Source: a virus | Taxonomy: Duplodnaviria > Caudoviricetes | Virus record (IMG/VR): IMGVR_UViG_3300006120_000027 | Span: 1 to 54,304 of that record | Length of the DNA stretch: 54,304 nucleotides | Strand: one strand, 5' to 3' | In this document: positions 17,920 to 28,200 of the stretch, in pieces | Layout: every line of letters begins with the position of its first letter | How positions within the stretch are numbered: position 1 is the first letter of the stretch | Position numbers and translations under genes: made by a program | Notes under the pieces: generated by a model | The model's input: only the letters and a program-made list of their open reading frames with translations | What the model was told of the DNA's origin: nothing | Databases searched by the model: none

Positions 17920-18428
17920 TGACTGACTATACAATAAATGCTCCATTTTATTTAAGAGAATATATATGGGATGCTTTAAAAAATGCTAAAATATTAAATG
18001 AACAAGATTACTATCCAGATGGATTTTTTGATCCACTTGTTCCAATTATTCCTGCTCAAGAAATACCAGAATTTAATAATCTTCTTCCAGGAAAAACATA
18101 TATAACTTATGATTATGAAGTAAAGCCAATCCCACAAGATTGGTGGATGCAAGAAGAAATTTTAATGTTAACTATTATTAGCACTGATTATGATAAAATT
18201 ACTGAAATAATAATGATGCTTCAAGATGTCTTTAGAAGGTACGATCTGTCTGCTGGCGATATTAATTTTTACTTCAACTCGGCTGGTACAATTCCAATAC
18301 ATTTCCACTACACAGCTATAGAAGCAGTCATCTCCCCCGAACCTTTTAGAACTGAGGGCGGTCAACAACAGGGCGTAGTCCACATCCTCTATAAATACAC
18401 TAGAAATTCTAATAATGGGCGGTTTTAA
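17919..18428 (+). CDS. Tail terminator (putative)
   Basis: Directly upstream of the major tail protein; acidic, with a YITYD motif. Confidence 0.55.
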   Translation: MTDYTINAPFYLREYIWDALKNAKILNEQDYYPDGFFDPLVPIIPAQEIPEFNNLLPGKTYITYDYEVKPIPQDWWMQEEILMLTIISTDYDKITEIIMMLQDVFRRYDLSAGDINFYFNSAGTIPIHFHYTAIEAVISPEPFRTEGGQQQGVVHILYKYTRNSNNGRF

Positions 18429-18437
18429 TTGGTATTA

Positions 18438-18463
18438 TGTCTCGTTTGTGTTATTATTTAACT
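18438..18463 (+). promoter_or_regulatory. Putative promoter for the major tail gene
   Basis: TGTCTC-GTTTG-TGT-TATTAT-TTAACT. Confidence 0.5.
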
Positions 18464-18515
18464 GAGGAAAGATTTTTGCAAGTTTAATTTAAACCAAAAA
18501 GGTGGTGAAACAAAA

Positions 18516-19244
18516 ATGGCAGCAAATGTAAAAAACGTACTAGTAGGTGCAGCACAGATTTTCGTCAGCACAACAAACGGTGCTAATCGTCCTTCCACCG
18601 TCCCAGGTGCAGGAGACTTAGCATGGGGAACACAGAAGGCAGCAGGATACCTTGATACTTCTTCTAAATGGAGAGATGTCGGTTACACAAACACAGGATT
18701 CGAACTTTCTTATGAGCCTGGCTATGGTGAAGTTATGGTTGATCAACTTCTAGACGCAGCAAGACTATTCAAGCAAACAATTAAAGTTATGCTTAAGACA
18801 GAATTAACAGAAGGTACACTTGAGAACATCCACCTAGTCTTTGGACAGATGGATTCTTATTTGACATATTCTGGTTCAACTGGATCAGCAGTTCAAACAT
18901 TTACACCAGCATCAGGAATTGCAGCGTCAGCAGAAAATGCTACTCTCAATCTTGCAGCAGGTGCACTTGGAGATGCTCCAGTAGAACGTTCACTCGTTGC
19001 AATTGGAAACGCTCCAGCTAATTTAGGTACAGAAGGCACTCCAGCAGATGCTTCTGCAGTATCTAAGAAAGAGCGTATTTATGTCGCACGTCGTGTAGTT
19101 CAAATGCAGACAACTTCACACGCATTAAAGCGTGATGGAGCAACTGTATTCCCAGTTCAATTCCGTTGTCTTCCAGATGATGGTGATTCCTATGATGGCG
19201 CAGAGTATGGCGTTATCATTGATCGTGTTTATACAACATACTAA
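18516..19244 (+). CDS. Major tail tube protein
   Basis: NVLVGAAQIF, WRDVGYTNTGFELSYEP, VDQLLD, TELTEGTLEN; followed by terminator, chaperone and tape measure. Confidence 0.88.
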   Translation: MAANVKNVLVGAAQIFVSTTNGANRPSTVPGAGDLAWGTQKAAGYLDTSSKWRDVGYTNTGFELSYEPGYGEVMVDQLLDAARLFKQTIKVMLKTELTEGTLENIHLVFGQMDSYLTYSGSTGSAVQTFTPASGIAASAENATLNLAAGALGDAPVERSLVAIGNAPANLGTEGTPADASAVSKKERIYVARRVVQMQTTSHALKRDGATVFPVQFRCLPDDGDSYDGAEYGVIIDRVYTTY

Positions 19245-19262
19245 AAAAAACTTAATATCGTG

Positions 19263-19300
19263 ATAAATGCCCCCCAGAAATGGGGGGTGTTTATGTTTTT
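19263..19300 (+). terminator. Intrinsic terminator after the major tail gene
   Basis: ATAAATGCCCCCCA-GAAA-TGGGGGGTGTTTAT followed by GTTTTT. Confidence 0.88.
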
Positions 19301-19311
19301 ATATTACATTT

Positions 19312-19320
19312 TGATATACT
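19312..19320 (+). promoter_or_regulatory. Extended -10 promoter
   Basis: TGA-TATACT upstream of SD AAGGGAG and GTG 19347. Confidence 0.5.
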
Positions 19321-19346
19321 TATTTTAATAATAAAGGGAGTAAATA

Positions 19347-19688
19347 GTGCCAACAACAATATATGAAACCGTTGAAGTTACACTTTCTAACGGAGAAACA
19401 CTAAAAGTAAAACCACTAACAATTACATATTTAAAAAAATTTATGGAACAAGTTAATAAACTTCAAAGCGATGATGTTAAAACAGAAAATGATGTTCTTG
19501 AAGTTCTAATTGACGCTGGTATGGTATGCATGCAAGCATTTGGATCTACACTTGCAAATGATAGAGATGCATTACAAGCCAATATAGAAGTGCCAACACT
19601 AATGAAAATTCTAGAAATAGCTGGCGGATTAAAGCTGAGCGGTGACGACCCAAACGCACCAAAGGCGAGTCTTCTTGGGAACAACTAG
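19347..19688 (+). CDS. Tail assembly chaperone (gpG-like)
   Basis: Between major tail and tape measure genes; slippery site near the 3' end. Confidence 0.85.
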   Translation: MPTTIYETVEVTLSNGETLKVKPLTITYLKKFMEQVNKLQSDDVKTENDVLEVLIDAGMVCMQAFGSTLANDRDALQANIEVPTLMKILEIAGGLKLSGDDPNAPKASLLGNN

Positions 19689-19957
19689 ATCTCGCCAAAC
19701 TAGAAGCTAGAGCATTTCTGCTTGGCCATTGGAAGAACTTTGAACAGTTAGAAGATTCTCTTTCTGTAGAAGAACTTCTAGCAATACTTGAAGCAATGAA
19801 TGAAAAAGATTATGAAGATAAAAAGTTTCATGCAGCAATTCAAGGAATTGAATTGGACAAGGAAGAAGACGAACTGGACATAACCAGTCTTAAAGGATTC
19901 CATGCTCAAGAAGCGGGATTCGGAATTGGTTTAGGTCTGGGGTATGTGGAGGGATAG
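19649..19957 (+). CDS. -1 frameshift extension of the tail assembly chaperone (gpGT-like), absent from the ORF track
   Basis: Heptamer C CCA AAC at 19649-19655. The -1 frame reads ...RTKGESSWEQLDLAKLEARAFLLGHWKNFEQLEDSLSVEELL...GFGIGLGLGYVEG* and ends 5 nt before the tape measure start. Confidence 0.85.
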   Translation, partial: PKRTKGESSWEQLDLAKLEARAFLLGHWKNFEQLEDSLSVEELLAILEAMNEKDYEDKKFHAAIQGIELDKEEDELDITSLKGFHAQEAGFGIGLGLGYVEG

Positions 19958-19962
19958 TATAG

Positions 19963-22900
19963 GTGGCACTTAATTCAATTGACATTCACTTAAATGCGTT
20001 TGCCAATTTTAATCCAGTTTATGCAGAAGTAACTAAATTAAAAGCTGCAATGGCGGATATGCAAAACAGCTCATTTGGCTCTACTTTAACCACTGATTAT
20101 GTTTCTAATCTTCAAAATGCACAAAGTCAATTTAATAGTCTAGTATCTTCAACAAGAGCTTTTAATGTACAATCAGTACAGATGGCTGATAGTGTTCAAC
20201 GCTTCAGTGCTCAATTACAAAGTGGACAATTAAAACTTGGTCAATATTTTTCTATGTGGAGACAAGGCACACATGGAGTTGCAACAGACCTAGATAATTT
20301 AGCAACACAACAAGCACGTGTAGCAAGATCAACAGTTATCCCAGATACTTTGCATGCTGGATATGCACAAGTTATTACTGATTTAAATGGTACTGTTACT
20401 GCAACAGAAAAAGCAGCATTTTATCAATCGGCATATAATACAGTATTGCGTGATGGTGCAAATAAATTAATTGATTTTGGTAAAAATATGCAATGGGCAG
20501 GCCGTCAAATGACTGTTGGCTTGACTGTTCCGCTTGCTTTATTTGCATCTCAAGCATCTCAAGCTTATCTTGCTTTTGATAAACAAATGACAGATATGTT
20601 GAAGGTTTACGGAGCACATGCTGTTGTTCAATCACAAGCCACTTTAGACGCAATTAAAGGCCAAGTAACAGAACTTGCAAGCACACTTGCTCACACCTTA
20701 GGTATAGCAATGACTGATACTGCAGCAATTGCTGCAACTTTTTCACAAATTGGGTTAGAGGGTCAAGACCTTATTAATTCTACAAAAGCAACTGCAGAGC
20801 TTATGAAACTTGGTAATTTAACTGCTACAAATGCAGCCCAATCTATGGTTGCAATACAAAATGTATTTAAACTTAGCGGGTCTCAAGCAATGGATGCCGT
20901 TAATTTCTTAAATGCTGCTAAGCACTCAACATCTACATCTATGCAAGATATTATTGATGCAATACCACGTGTGGGACCTATTCTGCAACAAATGGGCGGA
21001 ACTTATAAAGACTTTGTAACCTTATTGGTTGGTATGAGAGAGTCAGGCGTTCCTGCAGCGCAAGCCGCTAACGCAATTAAATCTATGATGGCTTCTTTAA
21101 TTAATCCAACAACCAAAGCAGTAGATACATTTAATAATTTAGGAATTAGTTTACGATCTATTGTTGCAAAAGATAGTAAAAATCCATTGAAGATGATTGA
21201 AGATTTGCAACAGGGTCTTGACAAACTTCCTTCAACTGCAAGAACACAAGCTATTGAGCAATTATTTGGTAAATTCCAATTTGCACGTGTAGAAGCTTTG
21301 CTTAATAACTTAGGACAAAAGGGCTCTCAGACAGAAAAAGTTCTTGAACTTTATAATCAATCAAATGAACAACTTGCAGCAGTTGCACAACAAGAATTAA
21401 CAGTAGCTACAAAAGGAACTCCAGCAGCAGCATTTGCAACTATGAAAGCAAGTCTTCAAGCAGATTTAATGCCACTCGGACAAGGCTTCTTGCAATTAAT
21501 GACAAAAATTGGAAACGTTGTTGATACAATTGTTAAAGGTTTTAACCATCTCGGAGCATTAAAAGGAGTAATTTTGGGTGCTCTTGGATTTGCAGCTTTA
21601 ATTGGACCACTTGTCATGTTTGTTGGACTTATGTCTAACTTAATAGGAAACGTTTTTAAAGGTGTAAACTATTTAAGAATGTTTAAAGAAGGTTTTAATC
21701 AAGCAACAGATGTTGGGCTAGTTGGTAGATTCAATGCTGGTCTTCAAAATATGTCTAATTTTTATAAAGAAATTGATGTTAACGTACTAGCAGCAGCACA
21801 TTCTCAAGATCTCATGACACTATCTGTTGAAAATAGTGCTAAGGCTTTTGATATTCTTAAAATAGCTGTACAAAATCTTACAACACAAATTGCATCATTA
21901 AATGCAACAACAGCAATAGGTGGAATAAGTGGTACAGCTTCTGTAATGACAGAAGCTGGAGTAGCTGCAAAAACATTAACTGCAGGTGAAGCAATGCAAA
22001 TGCTACTCCCACTTGGGCTGGCTACTGGAGGTACTGTGCCTGGCTCAGGTAACGGAGATACTATTCCAGCAATGCTTACACCAGGTGAATTTGTTATGTC
22101 TAAATCAGCCGCATCTAAGTATCGTCCCGTCTTAGACGCAATGAATAAAGGATCATTACGTGGTTATAATGCTGCAGGTGAAGTTACCGAAGAGAAGTCT
22201 GGCTCAGTAAGTTCTTCTGGTGGGTATGTATTTGCACATGGCATGGACAATAAACCATTAAGTCAGTATGAATTCCAACAATTAAAAGGTTTATTTGCTG
22301 GAATTGCTAACCCTAAGGGGCTAGCAAGACGCATGCAAGATGCAACTTCTGCAACAGGTTTGTCAAATTACGGATTTATATTACCAGAATCTGCAAATCA
22401 AGGAAAAATGTCACCAGCGAACCTGGCCGCTGAATTCTCTGGAGAAAATATTTCAAGAACAATGGCTCCTATTTACCATGCGTATGCGCAGCAGCTAGGT
22501 ATGACTTTAAAAGAAGCACTTGCTAATCCACAAATAGCAGAACAAATGCATAATGATATTCGACGTTTTGCTGAAAAAATATCTGTTGAGATTGGATCAT
22601 TAACAACAAAGGCAGTAAGTGATCCTCAATTTTATGAAGCATTGAAGACAGCAGAATTAGAATTATCTAATGGTTTTTCTAAAACTTTACAAAATGCTGT
22701 AAAAGATTCAAAAGGAACCTACACACTAGGTATATTTGGTGGAGATGTAAACAGAGGCACTCGTGGAGAAAGACAAACAATTGCTGAAAAAGAAACAACG
22801 GCAAGAGACATACTTGGCTTAAAGCAAGGAGTAAAATCTTATAAAGATGTAGGTACTCAAGCGTACAGAGAAATGGGACAAGCAATTCAAGAATCATTTG

Positions 22901-24807
22901 CGGGCTTAGCTCAATCCGCAACAGCTCTTGCCGAAGGTTCAATGTCAGCATTAAAAATTGCCTCACCTTCTGTAGCTATGGAAGAGATTGGTAAAAATGC
23001 TGGTCTGGGAGCAATACAAGGATTAGAAGCAACAATTCCAGAAGCAAAGGTCGCTGGAGAAAAAATTGGTGGAACTATTGCCATGAGTGCAGAGCAAATG
23101 GCTTTGCCAGGAATGGGTAACATTGGTGGCGCAACCGCATTAGAAGGCGAATTAGCAGCAGGCGAAGTAGGCTTAGCTAAATCTGGATTCTTGTCAAAGA
23201 TGATGGGTGGTCTTAAAGGAATAGCTAAATCTCCTGTAAAAATGGGAACTGCAGCACTTGTTGTTCAAATGGCTCTACCAGTAGTAGAGAGTGCTATTCC
23301 AAATAAAATAGGTGGGGTTAACACTCAACCAGGCAAAAATATAGTATCGTCCGTAGCGGGAGATGCTGCCACAGGTGCTATGATTGGATCATTTATCCCT
23401 GGAGTTGGTACCGCAGTAGGAGCAGCTGTAGGTGGATTGTTTGGTTTGTTTAAGAGTGTTAAACATGAAGTAGATCAACACACACAAGATGTAAATAATA
23501 ATATTAAAAAAACATTTGCAGAGCAAATGACAAGTATTCAAAAAGGCGCAAAAGATTATAACGATGCTCTTGTTGGACAATTAAATTATGCAGCAAGCCA
23601 AGTAAAACCAAACCTAGTAACAACTGGACAAGGATTTAGAGGACTTGGACAAAATCTACAAACTACAGATAAAAATCAAACAGCCACAAATTATAAAGAT
23701 TTAACTCAACAAGCAAAAGACCTTTCTGATACACTTGCAGGACAGTTCCAAATTCTTACTCAAAGTACTGGAACTATTGAGCAGTATAATACAGAAATGC
23801 AAGCACTTAAAAAATCTACAGCAGATACTACAGGAACTGCTCATGCATTTTCTCTTGCAATTAAAGCTAACGGAGACCCAGCAGCAAAAGCAGCACTTGC
23901 ATCAATTGAAAAACAAGCGGGGTCTGCAAAACTTACAACAGATCAATTAATGTCTTCTCTTATTGCTGTTATGCAAGGTGCCGATGCAGCAAGTCTTCTT
24001 AAAGATCCATCAAAGCTACAAGATGCAATTAAACAATTCTATGCAGGCCTAGCTCAAAATCAAAATAACCCAGACTATAAAGATCCCGCAGTGGTAGCTC
24101 AACAAGCTCAAGCAGCAGCAGCTCAAAAATTGAGCAAATACTATACCGATTTAATGAAGCCATATCAAGGTATAAAATCTTTAATTGAAGCACAAGCAGC
24201 TGCTCAAAAGAAATATAACGATCAATTAAAAGAAACGCAAGATTATCAATCTAAACAAATGTCTTATTTTAATCAAATGAAGCAAGCAACAATTTCAGGA
24301 GACTATCTAGGAGCAGCTCAAGCAAAGCAAAGTGCATCATTTACGCAAGCACAATTTGCAGCAACAATGGCAGGAAATGCAACATCCGATCAACTTGCTG
24401 CTGTTAATAATATTATTGCTCAATTGACAAACGAAAAAGATTCAAACACTCCCGCAAGCAAGAATAAGATTAAAGCTTTGACTTCTACGCAAACAAAATC
24501 TTTCCTTGGAGGTTTATCAACAACAGATTATGCAGCATTAACTGCAGATATAACTCGACAAAATTCAGCAAATGTAGGACTAGCGCAAGGCTTAGCATCT
24601 GGAAGTCCATTCCAAGGAACTCAAGTTTCTCAAACTTTTAATTTCCAAGGTGCTTTAATAACAAATCCTACTGATTTTACAAATCAAGTTTCTGCTCAAG
24701 CAGCACAAGCTGTTTCTGCAGCAGCAGCAAAAGCAGCAGCAAAAGGCGGAGGAAGCCATAAGGTTATTGTTAAGCCAAAATCTACTGCAAGGGTGGTAAG
24801 AACATGA
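19963..24807 (+). CDS. Tape measure protein
   Basis: 1614 aa, Ala/Gln-rich helical sequence, TP901-like core, hydrophobic segments, GGTVPGSGNGDTIPAMLTPGEFV motif. Confidence 0.93.
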   Translation: MALNSIDIHLNAFANFNPVYAEVTKLKAAMADMQNSSFGSTLTTDYVSNLQNAQSQFNSLVSSTRAFNVQSVQMADSVQRFSAQLQSGQLKLGQYFSMWRQGTHGVATDLDNLATQQARVARSTVIPDTLHAGYAQVITDLNGTVTATEKAAFYQSAYNTVLRDGANKLIDFGKNMQWAGRQMTVGLTVPLALFASQASQAYLAFDKQMTDMLKVYGAHAVVQSQATLDAIKGQVTELASTLAHTLGIAMTDTAAIAATFSQIGLEGQDLINSTKATAELMKLGNLTATNAAQSMVAIQNVFKLSGSQAMDAVNFLNAAKHSTSTSMQDIIDAIPRVGPILQQMGGTYKDFVTLLVGMRESGVPAAQAANAIKSMMASLINPTTKAVDTFNNLGISLRSIVAKDSKNPLKMIEDLQQGLDKLPSTARTQAIEQLFGKFQFARVEALLNNLGQKGSQTEKVLELYNQSNEQLAAVAQQELTVATKGTPAAAFATMKASLQADLMPLGQGFLQLMTKIGNVVDTIVKGFNHLGALKGVILGALGFAALIGPLVMFVGLMSNLIGNVFKGVNYLRMFKEGFNQATDVGLVGRFNAGLQNMSNFYKEIDVNVLAAAHSQDLMTLSVENSAKAFDILKIAVQNLTTQIASLNATTAIGGISGTASVMTEAGVAAKTLTAGEAMQMLLPLGLATGGTVPGSGNGDTIPAMLTPGEFVMSKSAASKYRPVLDAMNKGSLRGYNAAGEVTEEKSGSVSSSGGYVFAHGMDNKPLSQYEFQQLKGLFAGIANPKGLARRMQDATSATGLSNYGFILPESANQGKMSPANLAAEFSGENISRTMAPIYHAYAQQLGMTLKEALANPQIAEQMHNDIRRFAEKISVEIGSLTTKAVSDPQFYEALKTAELELSNGFSKTLQNAVKDSKGTYTLGIFGGDVNRGTRGERQTIAEKETTARDILGLKQGVKSYKDVGTQAYREMGQAIQESFAGLAQSATALAEGSMSALKIASPSVAMEEIGKNAGLGAIQGLEATIPEAKVAGEKIGGTIAMSAEQMALPGMGNIGGATALEGELAAGEVGLAKSGFLSKMMGGLKGIAKSPVKMGTAALVVQMALPVVESAIPNKIGGVNTQPGKNIVSSVAGDAATGAMIGSFIPGVGTAVGAAVGGLFGLFKSVKHEVDQHTQDVNNNIKKTFAEQMTSIQKGAKDYNDALVGQLNYAASQVKPNLVTTGQGFRGLGQNLQTTDKNQTATNYKDLTQQAKDLSDTLAGQFQILTQSTGTIEQYNTEMQALKKSTADTTGTAHAFSLAIKANGDPAAKAALASIEKQAGSAKLTTDQLMSSLIAVMQGADAASLLKDPSKLQDAIKQFYAGLAQNQNNPDYKDPAVVAQQAQAAAAQKLSKYYTDLMKPYQGIKSLIEAQAAAQKKYNDQLKETQDYQSKQMSYFNQMKQATISGDYLGAAQAKQSASFTQAQFAATMAGNATSDQLAAVNNIIAQLTNEKDSNTPASKNKIKALTSTQTKSFLGGLSTTDYAALTADITRQNSANVGLAQGLASGSPFQGTQVSQTFNFQGALITNPTDFTNQVSAQAAQAVSAAAAKAAAKGGGSHKVIVKPKSTARVVRT

Positions 24808-25277
24808 TAAATCATATTAATGCAGGGATTCAATTGTCCTTAGACGGCAGTACTTGGTATGCCCTTACAGATAATAATAGAGGTCCTATTGTTGTAAATA
24901 ATAGTTTAATAGAACAATCTCAAAGAATGGCAAATGGAAAATTAAGAAAATATGTTATTGCTTCTAAAAAAACTTTTCAAGCTGATTGGAAAAATTTAAC
25001 TTCAAGTTCTACAGATACCGTTGATGGAAATTATTCTTCAGCATGGCTATCTGCTTTTTATGAAGCAAATGTTTTTGTGCCAATTTATCTTAAATTTACG
25101 CATTCAAAAGAAACAACACCCACAACGGGCACGGTCCCAGATGATTCTACTTTTCAAAATTCTCAAGGTGGTTATGATGTTTATAAAGTTTTTATTACTA
25201 AATTTGATGTAACTACCACACATAGAAACAGAATCAGAGATTTTGTAGATATGACAATAGAATTTACGGAGATTTAA
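24804..25277 (+). CDS. Distal tail / minor tail protein
   Basis: Immediately after the tape measure; RMANGKLRKY motif. Confidence 0.65.
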   Translation: MINHINAGIQLSLDGSTWYALTDNNRGPIVVNNSLIEQSQRMANGKLRKYVIASKKTFQADWKNLTSSSTDTVDGNYSSAWLSAFYEANVFVPIYLKFTHSKETTPTTGTVPDDSTFQNSQGGYDVYKVFITKFDVTTTHRNRIRDFVDMTIEFTEI

Positions 25278-28200
25278 TGTTATCTCTAAATGGTTTAACA
25301 AGCACTCAAAGTTCTAATATTTTCTTAAATGCAAATTTAATTAAAATGCTTCCTGTTGTTTCTGCAGAATGGAATCAAAATTTATTTAATGCTCCTTATA
25401 TAACAGTAGCAGGTGCGGGAAGTAAAGAAAATATTATTGCAACAACAGGATCAGTTTCCGATGTAACTGGCACAACTAATGCATATAAAAATTTTACAAC
25501 AAAGGCGATGGTAACAAATAACGGTACGGCACTAGTTTCATACCAATCAAATCCAGTAAGTTCAAGTGCTGCTTATAAAATAATTACTTACGTTAAAACT
25601 AGTTCAAATCTTCCTGTAATTGTATCTTCTTATGCTAAAGGATCAAGCAGTCAATTTGGCTCTACAAGCTCAGAAGCAAACGTATTTGGTTGGACCCAAG
25701 TAGTAACATATATTGGCGGTCAAAATGCAAATGATACAATATCATCATTTCTATATACATTAAAAGTCAGTAATTATTCTTCTAATACCGCAGATTCAAC
25801 AATTTATTATACACTCCCAGAAGTTTATGCAACTAGCTTTTTTGATTATCAATATCATTCATTGTGGCCAACAGATTCAGCATTTGGATCGTTTAGGCCA
25901 GGGGAGTCTTATGTAAAATCTGGGAATCCAAGTTATTCCTTGCCAGACAACTTTAGAAAAATAAATACTCAAACGCTTTCTAATTATAATTATGATACTT
26001 ATTCTCCAATAAGCTCTATAATACAAAACCCTAGTTTTTCACTAGTATCCCCACCCGTACCAAATTATAAAAATGTTATGCCAACTGACATATCTCCATA
26101 TCAATATTTTGTTTCCGATGCATCAAACAAAAGTATATCTGGAATATATGCAAATCCAATTTATTGTAATAAAATAATTATTAAATTAAATACTACAATG
26201 ACGGTTCCTACAATTAGAGTAACTATTGATTCTATAAATAACTATACAGTAACTCCAGATAAAAATGGTTTAATAACTTTATATTGGGATGGTTCTACTT
26301 GGAGCACAACACCATGGTCATCAATGCCAGTGTTTAATGACAGTGGTTTGCTATCTTTAAAAACAACCATTTCAAAAATAACAGTTACTCAAACAGAACA
26401 AAGTTTGCAATCACAATTCTCTAATTTTACAAATTCTAATTTTACAGATGCAAATGGAGACTGGCAAAGAATGCAGTTAATCGAAGTTTCTCCAAGACTT
26501 GAGATAGATCTTTCTCCTTATGTAGAAGATTTACAAATTTCTAAATCTTTAGATAGCAAAAGCACAGTAGTCCCACTTTCTACTCCAAACCCAGGCGATA
26601 CATCTATTACCTTAAGTGGAATACCAGCTTTTGATGGAACAAATCTTATACCATTGTTTTCAAACAACAGCAATTCTAATTTATCTATATTATCGGGCAT
26701 GCTATATAAAAATATAAAAATATATTCAGGGTACCTTATGGATTCGTACAGTGATTATAATGTAGGTCCATTTACATCTGTAAAATCTTATATCCCAGGG
26801 TCTGTAAATTATGTAGATACCTGGGATGAAACAGATATTAAAGAAGTTAAAATACAATGTTATGATATTTTAAGATACCTTCAAACAACACCAGTTGCTG
26901 ATTATGTTGCAAACCTTAAAAGTGTTTTTGATATAATAACTAACATTTTAGATTTATCAGGATTTACAGACTATGATTATGATTCTTTGTATAAAGTTTG
27001 TAACGACCCAGCAACTCCTATGGATATCAGTTATTTTTATTGTAATTCAAAAGACACAACACTGTCCGCAGCCCTAGCTGAAATATTTTTAGCTTATCAA
27101 ATTGGCTGTTACATTGATGAATACGGAGTTATGAAATTTTTAAGTTTGTCTCAAATATTAACTCCACAAACTACAGCATTAAATTTAACAGATAACCATG
27201 TTTTAAATGAAGGCTATTCAATTACTAATACTGCAAAAATTGGTAAAGTTTCAGTAAGATATCAAGAGCCAAAAATTAAACAATCACTTGCTTTACAAAA
27301 TGCTACAGACCCTTCAGTCAGAGAAAATCCTTCATTTATTTATACAACCTCAAACGATGTAGTATGGCAACAACAAGTTTCCGACTCTCTGGGCTTTAAT
27401 TACTTGCATTCAAACATGAGTGAAACAGATAGTTCATTTAATTTAAGTATTAATGATTTACTTGATATATTTCACACATATTCATTAAATAATAATGGGT
27501 ATGCCGTAATTGAAAATGAAATTGTTTCTTTTGCTTATAAGCAATATACAATATCAAACTCAAGTGGGCAGTCTACAACAGTATCTGTTAAAAATGACTT
27601 GGAATTAGCATCAGAAATAAATAAGTTTATTAAAAAATATCAATCTGGATTAAATATATCAGATGGCAAAACTCCATCAAATTACAATGTTATTGTGTCA
27701 CCATCGTCTGGGCCTAGCTCAAACCCAAGCACATCAGCACAATCAATTACAAATGTGCAAAGAGGTATGTTTGGGACTGTTCCAGTTGCTCATACTATTT
27801 TGACAGATGTGCAAAGCAAAGGGTTATCTCAAGCATTAGTTTCAGGATCAAGCATAGCAGTTGGCGGGTCTTATGCTGCACCTACAACAATTTCAACAAC
27901 AAATTCAAATGCTATATCTGTGATCGGCGTAACTGTTCCAGCCAATGAACAAATATTAATATATCCTTCAAATGTAGTTGACGCTGGACATCATACATAT
28001 TCTGCTAAATTTAATATTAATTATCAAGATAGTTTTGCTGGAGGCGTATTCTTTAATATGCCAGCATCAATGACTTCTACAAATGGTGCTTATTTTGTAG
28101 AAATGACTCAAAAAAATTCAGGGACTGATACAAACAATAACACAACATATCAATACTTGTTATCTATTTATCAAATGGTGGGTGGAGTAGCAACACCAAT

